Source: Fimbriosthenelais zetlandica
Taxonomy: Eukaryota
NCBI GenBank assembly: GCA_977030845.1
Contig: OZ365110.1
Coordinates: 18,600,001 to 18,664,000, forward strand
Direction of reading: 5' to 3'
Length of the DNA: 64,000 nucleotides
Positions 1-11,883 of the stretch are shown piece after piece. The position numbers were made by a program, and so were the translations under genes. The notes under the pieces were generated by a model that was given only the letters and a program-made list of their open reading frames with translations, was not told the DNA's origin and searched no databases. The first letter of the stretch is position 1, and every line of letters begins with the position of its first letter.

Positions 1-523
1 GATAGTCAAACAAATATAAACCAACCTAGGTTATACATGGACATTTTATATACATGTATATAATAGACTAAATGGAGTATATATATAGGCTAAAACATTA
101 AGTGTAAATTATGTTTAATCCGACCTAAATTCTCTCGCAGTACACTGTAGATGATTAATATAATGAGAAATGGATCTCGAGCTCAGGCTTAGAAATTAAT
201 CAGAATTTGGTTGGTGTATATATATCGCTGTCAGATATCCTTGGTGTATTGGAATTCATTATCACTGCCGGAGGCTAGGAAATCATTACTGATGGTACAG
301 GTGGGGCTCCAGCACACACCCCTGAGGCTTCCAGATATTAAGATCACCTTTGTAGAGCCCTTACAGAAACCTTTCCACTGAAATGTTTCCAGCAGCACTA
401 TCACTTAAGTTGCAATATAGCAATGTGCAATACCACTGATTTCCAAGATAATCTCGTTAATTATAATTGGAAGGAATTAAATTAAAAACATAAATGTATG
501 TAGATTTTGTTTTCAATCAACAG

Positions 524-643
524 AATTTGGAAACCCCATTCATGTTGATACTATGGAGTTGGGCGCTGAATATTGTAATTTACAACTGTACATCAAACCT
601 GAATTTCTTGAGCCAAGGTTGAGGCAACCTGAGATGAACTGTG
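524..643 (+). CDS. Candidate upstream coding exon (40 codons, phase 1-1), probably of the same gene
   Basis: Acceptor ttttgttttcaatcaacag| ends at 523; strong donor |gtaagc starts at 644. Open frame (E)FGNPIHVDTMELGAEYCNLQLYIKPEFLEPRLRQPEMNC(E) is phase-compatible with exon 6820. No recognisable domain, and it is too short for the ORF track. Confidence 0.45.
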
Positions 644-3600
644 GTAAGCAGACTGAACGTACGACCAAGGAGAAATAATGCAATGCAGTCATGCTTACAC
701 TTTGGGAGAACTGTAGCATTCTGCTGCCTCTAGGCCTTTTGGAGGCAGTTACGCCTGATAACACCCTTCCTTCAATGTCGCTCGAATCTCTTTACAATGA
801 TAACAAACTTTGGGGGTGTAAATGGTGCCGTTTAGCGCTGAGAACAAGCCAGGCGTGAGAAATTGGCTTGGGTTAGTGTTAATGATTCATTGTGTGTATG
901 ACAGTAGTCTCTAATGTGGCGTGCAAAGCAAGGGAGTTTCTCTTTAGCATAATTGACTTTCAAATTCTGAAATTCCCATCACTTCCTATTGGGAACGGGG
1001 CTAGTGTAAGTGTCTGGCACTGCAATGAGCGTGAATGACAAACTGGTGAAGGAACAATCAACTTTTCCCATTTCCTATGGCAGTGGCCTCTTACTGTATT
1101 AATAGAGAATCAAATTGGGTTCCGTCAACGTCCCAAGAAACCCAGCAGACGACAATGAATACAGCTTGTCAATGTTTGTCTAATGTTCATTGAAAGCGGC
1201 AGATTTGTTCACATTGCACCAACAATCAGGCCCCGCAACCAGAACGTAATGATGAAAGTAGTCGCCCAACAATGGGTCTTGCCCTCTGGATAAAAACGGT
1301 CATGCAATGCCAATATAAACCGTTTTATTGGACTCTATTTGGTGACGAATGATTTCTTTCAAATTCCCCAGTCTCCCCTTCTAAATGCGAGCCCCATGGT
1401 GGGCCACCCACATTGAAAACCGGGCAGAGCCTGAAACTACTGCCTTTGAGAAGGATATGAATTGTGTCACTTGATGTCAGTCCATAGGAAATTACTGTTT
1501 TGATTACAAGTCAATGCTCAATGAATAAATTCATGCGACATGGTTGCCTTGTGCCACGGGACAAGTTGTTTCGCCAGGAGAGCTAAAGGGCTTTTGCACT
1601 GCCCAACTTATCCTGGGGGCCATGGGATGTGTAACTGAGATGTGGAATCTAGTTTATGGCAGTAAATCATCTATCTTTGTGTGCCAGTTTTGATGGGGGT
1701 GCAGAAGCAGGGCTATCATCCCTCCAGGGGTGGTATTAACACGACTCGCCACAGTCGGACATCTCATCAGGTAGCTGTCGCAACTATTGCATCGGGGAAC
1801 AAAATTTAATGCGACGTGGAAATTGGCCATCGATTTCTAAACTGACACACACAAAAAACGAGCCACCTTCCCTCTTGGTTACCCTACACCCCCACACTGG
1901 CTAAACCTCACTTTGTGAAGCTGTTTTTCAACTGTGATCCACTGCTGCTTGGGCTCAGACCTGGTGCTTACTGGAGCGCTGAGCAATGAAACGGTGTGGG
2001 ATTGGGAAATTCTGTATGAAGGGAGAAGGGTGTGAACAGCTGAAAGGGGCCTTGGAGAGACCATTTTGAACAGGGCAATTCATTTTGACTTGTAGGATGG
2101 TGAGGGTGTCGCACGGCTTGCCCTTTCTACGGGGTATTCTGGCCTGGGGCAGACTGAGTCCGGAAATGTTATTGGCGGCAACTTCATGATGTTAGTCTGC
2201 AGTGCATTAGTCAAGGTGTCCCACATCATTTTTCTGCCATATCTGGAACTTCACCCTGGGCCCTCTTCCGGTCATGTATTCATTACTATTCCGGATCAAG
2301 TCAAAAGCGCAACTAGCAAGATTGCCAGCAGGGGTAAACAGAAAGGAAGAGACCGATACTGTATAGGGGCATTGCCAAATGCCTCAGGCATGGCAGGCAA
2401 AGCTCTTTGGTGAGAAAACGTGACTGTTTTAGAGAGTCAGAGCCTGTCCATTATTCCCGGTGAAAGGTCAAAGAGCAAGTCAAAATATTGATATCTGGGA
2501 GGAGCCCATTTTTGGCACTGCCAACGTAGCAATAGGAGTGAGCACAATGTCTCTTTCCCCTGTCTCCTCTAACTATCTCTACTGAGTGGTGAGCTTGGCA
2601 TATATGCCTTGTGTAACGATCGACCACTACTTCTGTCAATATCTTTAAGCCATTAGATCCACAAGTGTAGCTGAAGACAAAAAGAAGTGGGGCTTTAGTC
2701 AAAGGTCGATTGAATCTGGAGCAGTGACCAGTTGGTCAAGGAATGGATGTGGATAATGTCCTGAGTTACACGACAGTTGGACTCACGGGGGAAAGCTTCA
2801 CATTCTCTCCATTTGCCTCAACTTTGATATTTCTCAGTAAATCCATGGCCACTCACTTTTAGGAAGCTCACATTTTGAGGTCCTCTTCATGAATAAATGT
2901 GCATTGATCGGGTTTCTTATATGCTTTATTATGTTGGCACCGTTTTGCCAAGTGCTTTGTTCGTCCTCACCCTTGCCTCTACAGCACCTTTTTCAACCTC
3001 CTCAAGCCATGACTGGGGGAGTGGTGAGCAAGGCCCACTAGTCCTTGAAAAGAATATGCCCCTCTTTCCTTTGCTCCTCGAGTGCCTCTGAAGAGTCAAT
3101 GATCTGCATCTAATTCATGTTATGAAATAGTGAGCGGCCATTTCGCTTTGGTAACCACAGTAATTTTTCATCCCGTTTACCAGCCCTCCTTCATCTTGCT
3201 CGCCCGCCTCTTTGTACGCTTGATAAACGAAGAACATGGCCCCCTCCTGAATCCAGCTTGGGTACCTAGGAAGTCTTGCCTTCCACAAGCCTCATGCATT
3301 ATAAGCGCTAACAGAAATTAATGATCATTAAAACGCCCAGCTCACTACTAAACACTTCCCATAAAACAAGACACTCCCCTTTCTACGTTTAGACAGCGTG
3401 AACTTCATGACATCTTAAGGGAGCAGCCAATCGAGGTTTGTGTTTTTCAACTGTTGTTTGTCACTTCTCTACTAATTGGAAAAAAAGAACTTGTAAAGGT
3501 ATATTGGCTTTTTAACATGTCTTCTGAAAGACTGGGTCTTTCATTTGGTCCGTTTGAAGTTGGGATATGATACAGGATATTTTTTCTGACTTGACTCATT

Positions 3601-6600
3601 TCAACGGGCCTGCCAAGAATTTTCTCTGAGTAATATCCTCTTCCATCGAGCCACTACTCGGTGCCTAGAGTGGCGGCGGAAAACTAACCAAGCATTCCAT
3701 TTAGGCAATTTATTCAGCACATCATAATTTAATCGTGATAAATGAAAACCGACAACCTCGCTTTTGTGCTCCGCCTTCAAGTGAATGAAGACAGAATGGG
3801 AGAAGTGGAAGCCTGAACTGTCTTAGTACATTGACTCTGCTTCTGTCTGCCCAGCCACGAGGGGCCTTTTATTCTATAAATGCCCGGCAATAGCTCAATC
3901 AATAGCCTCCTGCTTTTTGCCTCGTAAAATCAGGGCAACTGCAATGTCTTGTAAGATAACAGTCATGGTGATATACATTGCACGGAGGACCTTGTATCCG
4001 ATATTCCTAAGAAGCATTCCTTCTATAGAGAGCGCCCTCTTCATGAAAAAAATCTACAGGAAGTCATACTAGGTCAAGGCTTTCAAGCTGATTATTCATA
4101 AAGTACATCCAATGAATAACGCCCAGAGTGAAAGGGGTTGTTATCAAGAGAAAAAGGGAGAGAGAATCAATTACTCAACAACACTTTATGGTTGATAATG
4201 GAAAGGGAGTATATTTGAGTTAGGTGAGCACGTGCTTGTTAGAAGCCTCATCCATTCATTATATGATGCCATTGTTTGACCCGACATCTCCTAGTCTATG
4301 GTAACTTATCAGCGGGGTATCTGCCTATAATGGAGTTAACATAAATAGAGTGGGGTGGAAAGGCGGCAGAGGGATAAAGTAATCGGCGCATGGCGAATTA
4401 TAGCTGTCAACACAGGTCATCCATTGGATCCAGCGAATATATGATCCATAGGTTACCTTGGACTGGTGAATCACAATCATGGCTGCCTGACCGTAGGCTA
4501 CATGGCTACCCTTGCCGTACCCCTACTAACAGGAACCATATCGAAGCCATGAAGGGGCCACGGCGGTTAAATGCATTCCCTGATCAGCCTACGGCCATGG
4601 GTATCCTTGCGCAATGTCATACTGCCCGGGTTAAAGCAAGTGGCCACCTGTCTTTGCCAATGGAATATTGGCATGGGGGAAAAAAATTGGTTTAATGTCT
4701 ATAGCAAGCAAGCCACACTTTTTGAGAGGTAAGGTAAAGCCGCGACCTCGGCATTCTTTCATCTGAATCTTGGTTCAGGTTGCGTGCCTGGTTCATCAGT
4801 GCAGGGAAATAAAGCGACTAATGACAGGAACGCGTGCAGACTCAACTTTTCCTCTTGTCAAAGACAGTCCTCATCAATGAGAAAATCACAGCAGTGGATT
4901 GGAAGCGAGAAAGGCTGACTGCTTCCTGAGTGCAAGTGATTCCTGCCTGCCTCCGTATCACAGACAGCCAGTCGACTTTAATTTGATGAAGTGTCTTTGG
5001 TCTCACCTGTACCTTACTCCATCTCACTGAGCAGACCTCTCCTCTTAACTCTAGATCCCTTCTCTTCAATTCGATGCTGATCTATAAGGGCATGCCCTCT
5101 GATTCTGCTGTGATCACTCGGAGATATTATATGGTAACAAAAGAGCCGTTTGTGTAGATTGTTTTCAAGGCTGAGAGTTGACTGCAGCCTATTATCAAGA
5201 GTGAGCCAAAGGAGAAAATGGCACGACATGGAGAAATTGGATCATTTGAACGCTCTGATTACATAGTTTTGTGATGTGCGTGTCTAGTTTCTGCCGCTTC
5301 TCAATCAACCATGAGAGTTTATTGGGCCCTAAAATTTAATGTTTTTGCTCCCATATTGTCATCCAGTGAGGACATTAAGTTTCATCATTAATCAAACTCA
5401 TCGGGGTTCTAAATGTGAATAACTTCGGCCACCTCATCAAGGTTTTTTTGGTGCACCATGATTTTTCCTATATAAATTGTTGGCACTCGCCGAAAAGATG
5501 TTATAAAAACTTATATGCCTGCATGACAAAACCCTCATGTCAAGATCTGCCTTCTGAACCGACTCTTTTTACACTCACACGTAGATATTGGTTTTTATAT
5601 TGGGAAAGATGTTGGCATATGACCAAAGACAAAGGTTATTCCAATGACTGCGTTTTAATAACTATGACGTCAACGAAGCGCAAAAAAAAACCCTGGGAAA
5701 AACATGCTAGTAGTAGGCCTACCACCCTGCACGTGCAAAGCAAACTCTGCTTAGTCGGGGTAGGGGCTGCTATTTATGAACAATAGATTCCTTTTGCATG
5801 TTGTCCCCCAAATTAGATTACCATGGGCTAATTGTTCACTATGCCCATGGTATTTATAAATGAATGTTTTTATTGTGAAAAAAAATGCTCTGATAAAGTA
5901 GGCGCCCGAGAGGACATTTTAGGAGGACGGTGTGTTGGAGTGTGTTAAGGTTAGATTGGGCGTCTGTATTACGTTGGGTGATATTTCTGTACGGCCTGAA
6001 CAGTGGGGAGGAAACACCCACAGAAAGTAGTCTATTCTCAGAAGTAAGCTGTAATTAGGTGACATTTGTGGCTCTGGCAGTGTGATTATAGTGTTGTTGT
6101 ATCACATCTATAGATAACTTGTCACACAATTCGACAATAGTCTAAATATTCCCTCTGATGTCACCATCTTTCTATACTGATATGCAAGGCCAATGTATTT
6201 TGCTACACACAGCAGGTAACAAATCCTTTTAAAGGCCAGATTGTAGGCTAAATAGAGCTACTAGAAAACACCACTTAAGTGATTTTAAACATAAAACAGG
6301 CCTATATGGCAACCTAGGGAATACGAAAATTAGTATGTTTATTTTGTACAACAAATGTAACACTTTACCCTTTTAGGTGTAAATTTACATATTAATTTAT
6401 GCTGCTGAAGTTCTAAGCGAGGAGTAGAATCTCATACAGTATAAATCCTATTAGGGAGTATGTGGAAAATGAACATTGTCTCAGGTTATGTTTGCCAGCT
6501 CATCGGCAATAATGTAACGCCAGCAAATCATATTAAGTGCGGCAGGTTTTCGTCCAATCAGGAACATATGGGAGCCAATTTTGTATAATTAAAATTTCAG

Positions 6601-6819
6601 TATCGATCTTAAGTATCGTTATTGAATGATCTATACTTGTTGTGAACATGAATTAATTGCCTTTTATGCTGAAATAATTGACTTAACCAAGGGGAATTTC
6701 ATTATTTCATTTTAGCTTATGAGAAACGAGTGTAGATCCATTTCAGGATAAACGACATTCCGTCACTTATAGTTAATGAAATTTTCATTGTTTCATCATA
6801 AATAATATTCTCTTTTCAG

Positions 6820-7104
6820 AAAAGAGTGACTTCTGTCAGTTGGAGGCTTTTAACGTGACTTGCGGAGAGAGTGAGATCATCGTTTTAGTGTCAGCTCTCT
6901 TTGGTCGGATGCGTCCTGGAAAATGTATTACTCGCTCTTATGGAAACTTGGGCTGCTCATCCAATGTTCTGCCTTACTTGGATACTCAATGCTCGGGCAA
7001 AAGAACTTGTCTCATTCCCGTGGCAGATCCAAAACTTCATCAGACACAGCCTTGTCCGAAAGATTTCACTACATATCTGGAAGTGGAGTACCAGTGTATA
7101 AGAG
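6820..7104 (+). CDS. Exon encoding SUEL / rhamnose-binding-lectin (Gal_Lectin)-like domain
   Basis: Acceptor tcttttcag| and donor |gtaggt. Translation KSDFCQLEAFNVTC...ALFGRMRPGKC...GCSSNVLPYLDTQCSGKRTCLIPV...QPCPKDFTTYLEVEYQCIR has the 8-Cys spacing of SUEL domains and variants of the YGR, DPC and KYL motifs (FGR, QPC, TYL). Confidence 0.92.
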
Positions 7105-10100
7105 GTAGGTTTTACAACCGTTGTAGGCCTTTCATGTCTGTTTCTCTTTTTAGTTGTGTATAGTGATTATCGGTAAAACAGTTCTCTGATAATCTCCTAA
7201 TTTATCCAGTCCTTCCTTCCCGACATGGAAGCGGCATCACAGCAATAGCTCTGACACTGTTGAGCTGCGTGAGAATGGATGTTCTTAATATTTTGGCTTA
7301 TTTGTCCATGAGAAATCTATTGTCTCCTATAGAAAAAGTCCCTCGTTATTGCCTAAGGAGCATCTACTCTACATCATTATTCCCTGACAGTTATTATGAA
7401 CAAGCCTTGGCCTGTTCGACCCAAATGGGACAGAGAACAGACCATGAGAGTTGATAAAGGATTTGGGAGGAGAACCTCCAAACCATGAGGTAACAAATGG
7501 TGGCAATAGTCAGGGTTAGAATGCCGAATCAAGATCCGTGATTGTTTATTGGCAAATCGCACTATATGAGTGACATTGGAGATTTACAACCCTGGAGCGT
7601 GATTGATTAACCCCTCATATGCTCGCCTCCAAGTACCTGATGAATAGCTTATCGAACGCTCCATAAATTCATCAACAGAATTAGGGGTAGAACACGAATG
7701 GAATAAGCAAGCAGGCCAGCGTGTAATCTTGTTAGCCATAGCCATTTGTTGTGCTTTGTTTACCAATAGAAACTAATGCTTGCTGTGGACATGGCTATTC
7801 TTTACACTCATCGCATCTTGAAAGGTTTAAGGTAGCACTCCTTTGATGTTAATGAAGAAGAGAAAATTGCGATCACTTCTACACCAAACACGGATGTGAT
7901 TAGATATGTAATTAAGGTTTATAGACTCTTGATATAAGAGTGAGTAAGCACAGGAAAGGTGAAAAACAAATTGACGATGAAAGTTGATAATAAACAGATT
8001 CTTTTATCTGTTTCACAATTATAATTGTCTTGCATTGATGGCTGGCTAAATATGTAGTGTGAAAGTACTAAATGACTCTGTGACTAAATACAAAAAGACT
8101 CAGTTTAGAAAACTTTATAGCCACTGTCAATTGGCAAATATAGGGGGACTGCGCTTTTAATTGGAGGATTGCATGAGTTCTTCACACCCTCCCTAGTTAG
8201 CATATAGATTTGCTAAATCAAATTGTGAAAAACCATCCCCTATACCTCTGTCCAAACACGTGAGGTGAAACAGCAATTCCCTTCTAATGTGGGTAATTGT
8301 ATCACAGGGTGAAAACAAATGCTTTACTCCAATTATTATTATTCCCTCCACGCCTACCATTCTAACAAGACCACTATACTTCCATTCAATGGTAAAGCCT
8401 GAATGGAATTCTATACAGTCATGTATAGTATATATTGCTAGGTGCCTGGTGTTGCTGAGATTCTTTTATCACCCCAGCTCTTCTATTCTATAAGAGGGGG
8501 ATTGATGCAGACTCTCGTGAGCCGTTACAAAATGGGAAATTCCACTCCGGGAGAGAAAGCGAGAGGTAAAAGCAAGCGGTAATGTCCATTATGGCTGTGA
8601 ATTAAACACTCAGCCACAGGATGGAACAAGTTAGACTTAACTTATGTCTGCTGCTAAGTATATGGTCAACCTTGGTTGGATTCTCGACATCCTGATAACG
8701 TTAGTTTGCGTGCCGGGCGGAGTGTAACAATTTCCCTGGCCGCTTCTTGCCGTTACCTCCAATCACCGCTAAGTGCAGTACTGATTGTGACAGACGACGC
8801 TACTAGTGTCTCCTTGGAATTGTGACTGAGAGAAGCAAAAGAAGACTTCCATGCAAATAATGTGGCGTCTTTACGTGTCACGAACCTGTTTTGTTTCAGG
8901 GACTTGAAAATAAATTGTCTGTATGCTCGCCGCCTTTTACCGGCTCCTGCCGGAGGAAAGAAAAATCCAATGAAAGGCAATTGCTTGTTGTGATTCGCAG
9001 ACCGATGTAGCGTTTTATGAGGCTGTTTGAATGGGGGGTGATTACTTATTTGACAGAGACATCTGATGAAATCATTACTAGCGAGTAGAGAGTGGTTTCC
9101 ATGGGAATTCACCATTGAATTTAAGACAATATCAATTTAACTTTCAGAGGGAGTTGGCATCAGAGTCGAATGAAAGCTCTTGTAGAGGTGTAAAGTAGAT
9201 TCACGGGAGCGATATCTTCTGAATCCACACCGTCTCTCCTGCCTTCGTGATTCTCACAGCCGAATGAGAAACAAGCATGCTCTATAGAGCCCTTAAAACC
9301 TCCAATTTTACCCTCCCACCACTACCACAGAGATCTATATATCACGTTGAGTGGAATCCAGATTCCTGACATACAACATCTTGTGTCTTAAAGGACTTTG
9401 AAGTGAAAGAGAAAGCTTTCCATGCAAGGAGGTCACTCTCAAATGAAAGACTCGAGTCTGTCTTCAATTAAAGACGCTGGCGAAAGTTATATATAGACCT
9501 GTAGTCTACAATGATGTCATGCGTGGGTGTAATTTGTTCAATAAAACCAGATCATGTCTTAATGAGAAGACTGCCAAATAGATAAAATACCTGAAGTGGT
9601 CTTAAGTTACTGCAGGACTTCAGATGTAAGTTGTTACAAACTACATGAGGTTTCTTTGTGATGGCAAGACGCCAGATCAGAAATTCAGTACCGGTAATAT
9701 GTACGTTGATAGCAAAAGCAAATATGATTTTCAGTTGGTGATACCTATTTTCAGTGAAAGTTTACCCGTTATATGTTTCTAGAGGGATTATTAATAAATG
9801 CAGGTAGCAGAACCTCTAGATATAGCATGATGGGAACATGACTCAGGTTAGCGTGGAAAATGTCAGTGCATGCATAATATCATATCCTCTAAGAGAGTCA
9901 GTACAGGATGTAATTGGCTGTTATGAAGCCACACAAGAGTATTGTATATCCGGTGTATATACATGCCTTCCACGAGGGCTGGATATGAGGCATCAGTGTA
10001 AATCAGCTCTCCCTTCGTACCAGCTTATCAGTGGAGATGTGGCCTAAAAAGTAGGGAGATGATTAGGATAATGTGAGTTCAGTAGTATCAGTGTGAACAG

Positions 10101-11824
10101 AGGTTTGAAAGGGAATATGACTTGGACCACCTTTATCACTGCTGAGACTGGCGCGGCAGAAGTCACGCGCTTCTTTGATCTGACACAACAAGGGGCTGTG
10201 AAATAGGTCTGCAAGCATGGAGGGGGTCTTCTATTAACTAAGCATGCAGCCCAGAGTCAAGGCAGCCTTTCCCTTTTCCTCCAGCTCGTCTTTGATTCTG
10301 GCCCTCATGCCGAAGGGCCTGAACCTCTTCACTCGGTCCTGATATGTATGAAGCGTGTTCTATTGGGCATTGATTCTACGCCCGCACATCTTCACTTTCA
10401 GAATTCAAAAAGATCTTCCCATGCTGCAATGCAGTCAATGATTTATCTTGCCAGAGGTATATTCCTTTCTTTCTCAAAAGAAAAAAAGATCTTTGGGTTA
10501 GATTTCTCCCGATCTTCATGAAACCCTTATGCTATAATAAAAGCTCCATATTCACACAGAAAAATGTCTGTATGACCTATCCAGTGCACCAAAGGGCCAT
10601 GCCATTGATACCTGCCGGCGTATAAACGCCGGTGGAAGAGTTATGGTTGGAAAAACTGTTGGAATAATGTTTGTATGGGTCAAACCAAAACCAATCCAAA
10701 ACCATCCACCAAATCTCCTGCTGCCACTCTTTCGTAGGCTTAAAATGCAGAGAGAAACAAAGCCATGTCACGAACCCTTTTAGCGTTACACTCAGCTTCT
10801 ATTTACTTCCAGGGACCCACTTTAATGGGGACGGGAATCAAACGAATACAAATTAGACCCAGCATTATGTCAGCTTTATTAACTCAGGAGGAGGCAGACA
10901 CCCAAGAACAACTAGGTATATATATAACATATATATACACCACTATGTGTGCTGTATTTCCGGCCTACTTAATAAAAGGCCTTGCAGGCGCTCCATTTGC
11001 AGATTGATAGCGTCAGCCCATATTGGTACCTAATGCCACACATGCATCACTTTTCCATGTGTGCACTGTAATATCCGACAGGTAATTGTAATACCTTGTC
11101 AATAGTATGCCCCAGATTTCTCACGTCAGTACTCCCACAAATTAGTAGCTATAAATGTGCAAAACTTTGGAAAGACTACATACTTCATACTGATCCTGGC
11201 TTGCCAGTAAGATCTACTGTAACCTACATGCAGCCCACGCAAGTGATTTCTAATTTGAGGCAAGGATAAAGGTCACGAATTTTTTAATTCATTTTAATAG
11301 TGGTGCATAGCAAAATTCTATAGTGACGGAGGTAACCAAAGTCGTGTTTGAAGAAACATGGACCATGGTTGTTGGTGGGTTATGTACTCCTACGCTTAGT
11401 TGCCACAGAGTAAATGGCCATACCACTGGCACTACATCGGTATCAGGAAATGTCTCCTGTTCCAGCTCCTTGACAACTTCATTTTACTATTTAGTTCAGG
11501 TTACAAAACGCTATCACTTACTTCAACGATAAAGAGCTTTGTGAAATCACTGTGGTGACCTTTTCTCTAAAGAGCACACCTGGAATGTTTGCGTCAATGA
11601 TGATGTTCCCAGGAAAAAACTTGCTAGGTTCTGGTGTAGACAAGGAAACAATGGTCATTGCTGACACTGGACAAATTCCCTGTTTTATTTCGCGATCGCT
11701 TGGCTATACACCATTTGGGGGTTGCATACGACTGCACATACAATTTACAGTTTCCGAGAACCTTGAATTCATAGAATGTCACTTATGAACTTGCCATTTC
11801 TGGCTTTCTCATGGTTCTGCTGTG

Positions 11825-11883
11825 TTTCCTGCAGGCCTTTCCGGCAGGTCAGTCTACTGACCTGCAGACTGACCTGCAGGAAA
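11825..11883. repeat. Compact inverted-plus-tandem repeat
   Basis: Outer IR TTTCCTGCAGG / CCTGCAGGAAA. Tandem ACTGACCTGCAG x2 (11856, 11868); each copy is complementary to GCAGGTCAGT (11844-11853). Confidence 0.8.

Noticed and set aside
2186-2413. YLELHPGP resembling the 2A-like DxExNPGP motif found at the start of CR1/L2 ORF2
   Set aside because: Both the D and the N of the motif are substituted, and no endonuclease or PHD motifs follow; likely chance.
4390-4695. 101-aa ORF in the putative first intron
   Set aside because: No domain motifs or splice context; length is compatible with chance.
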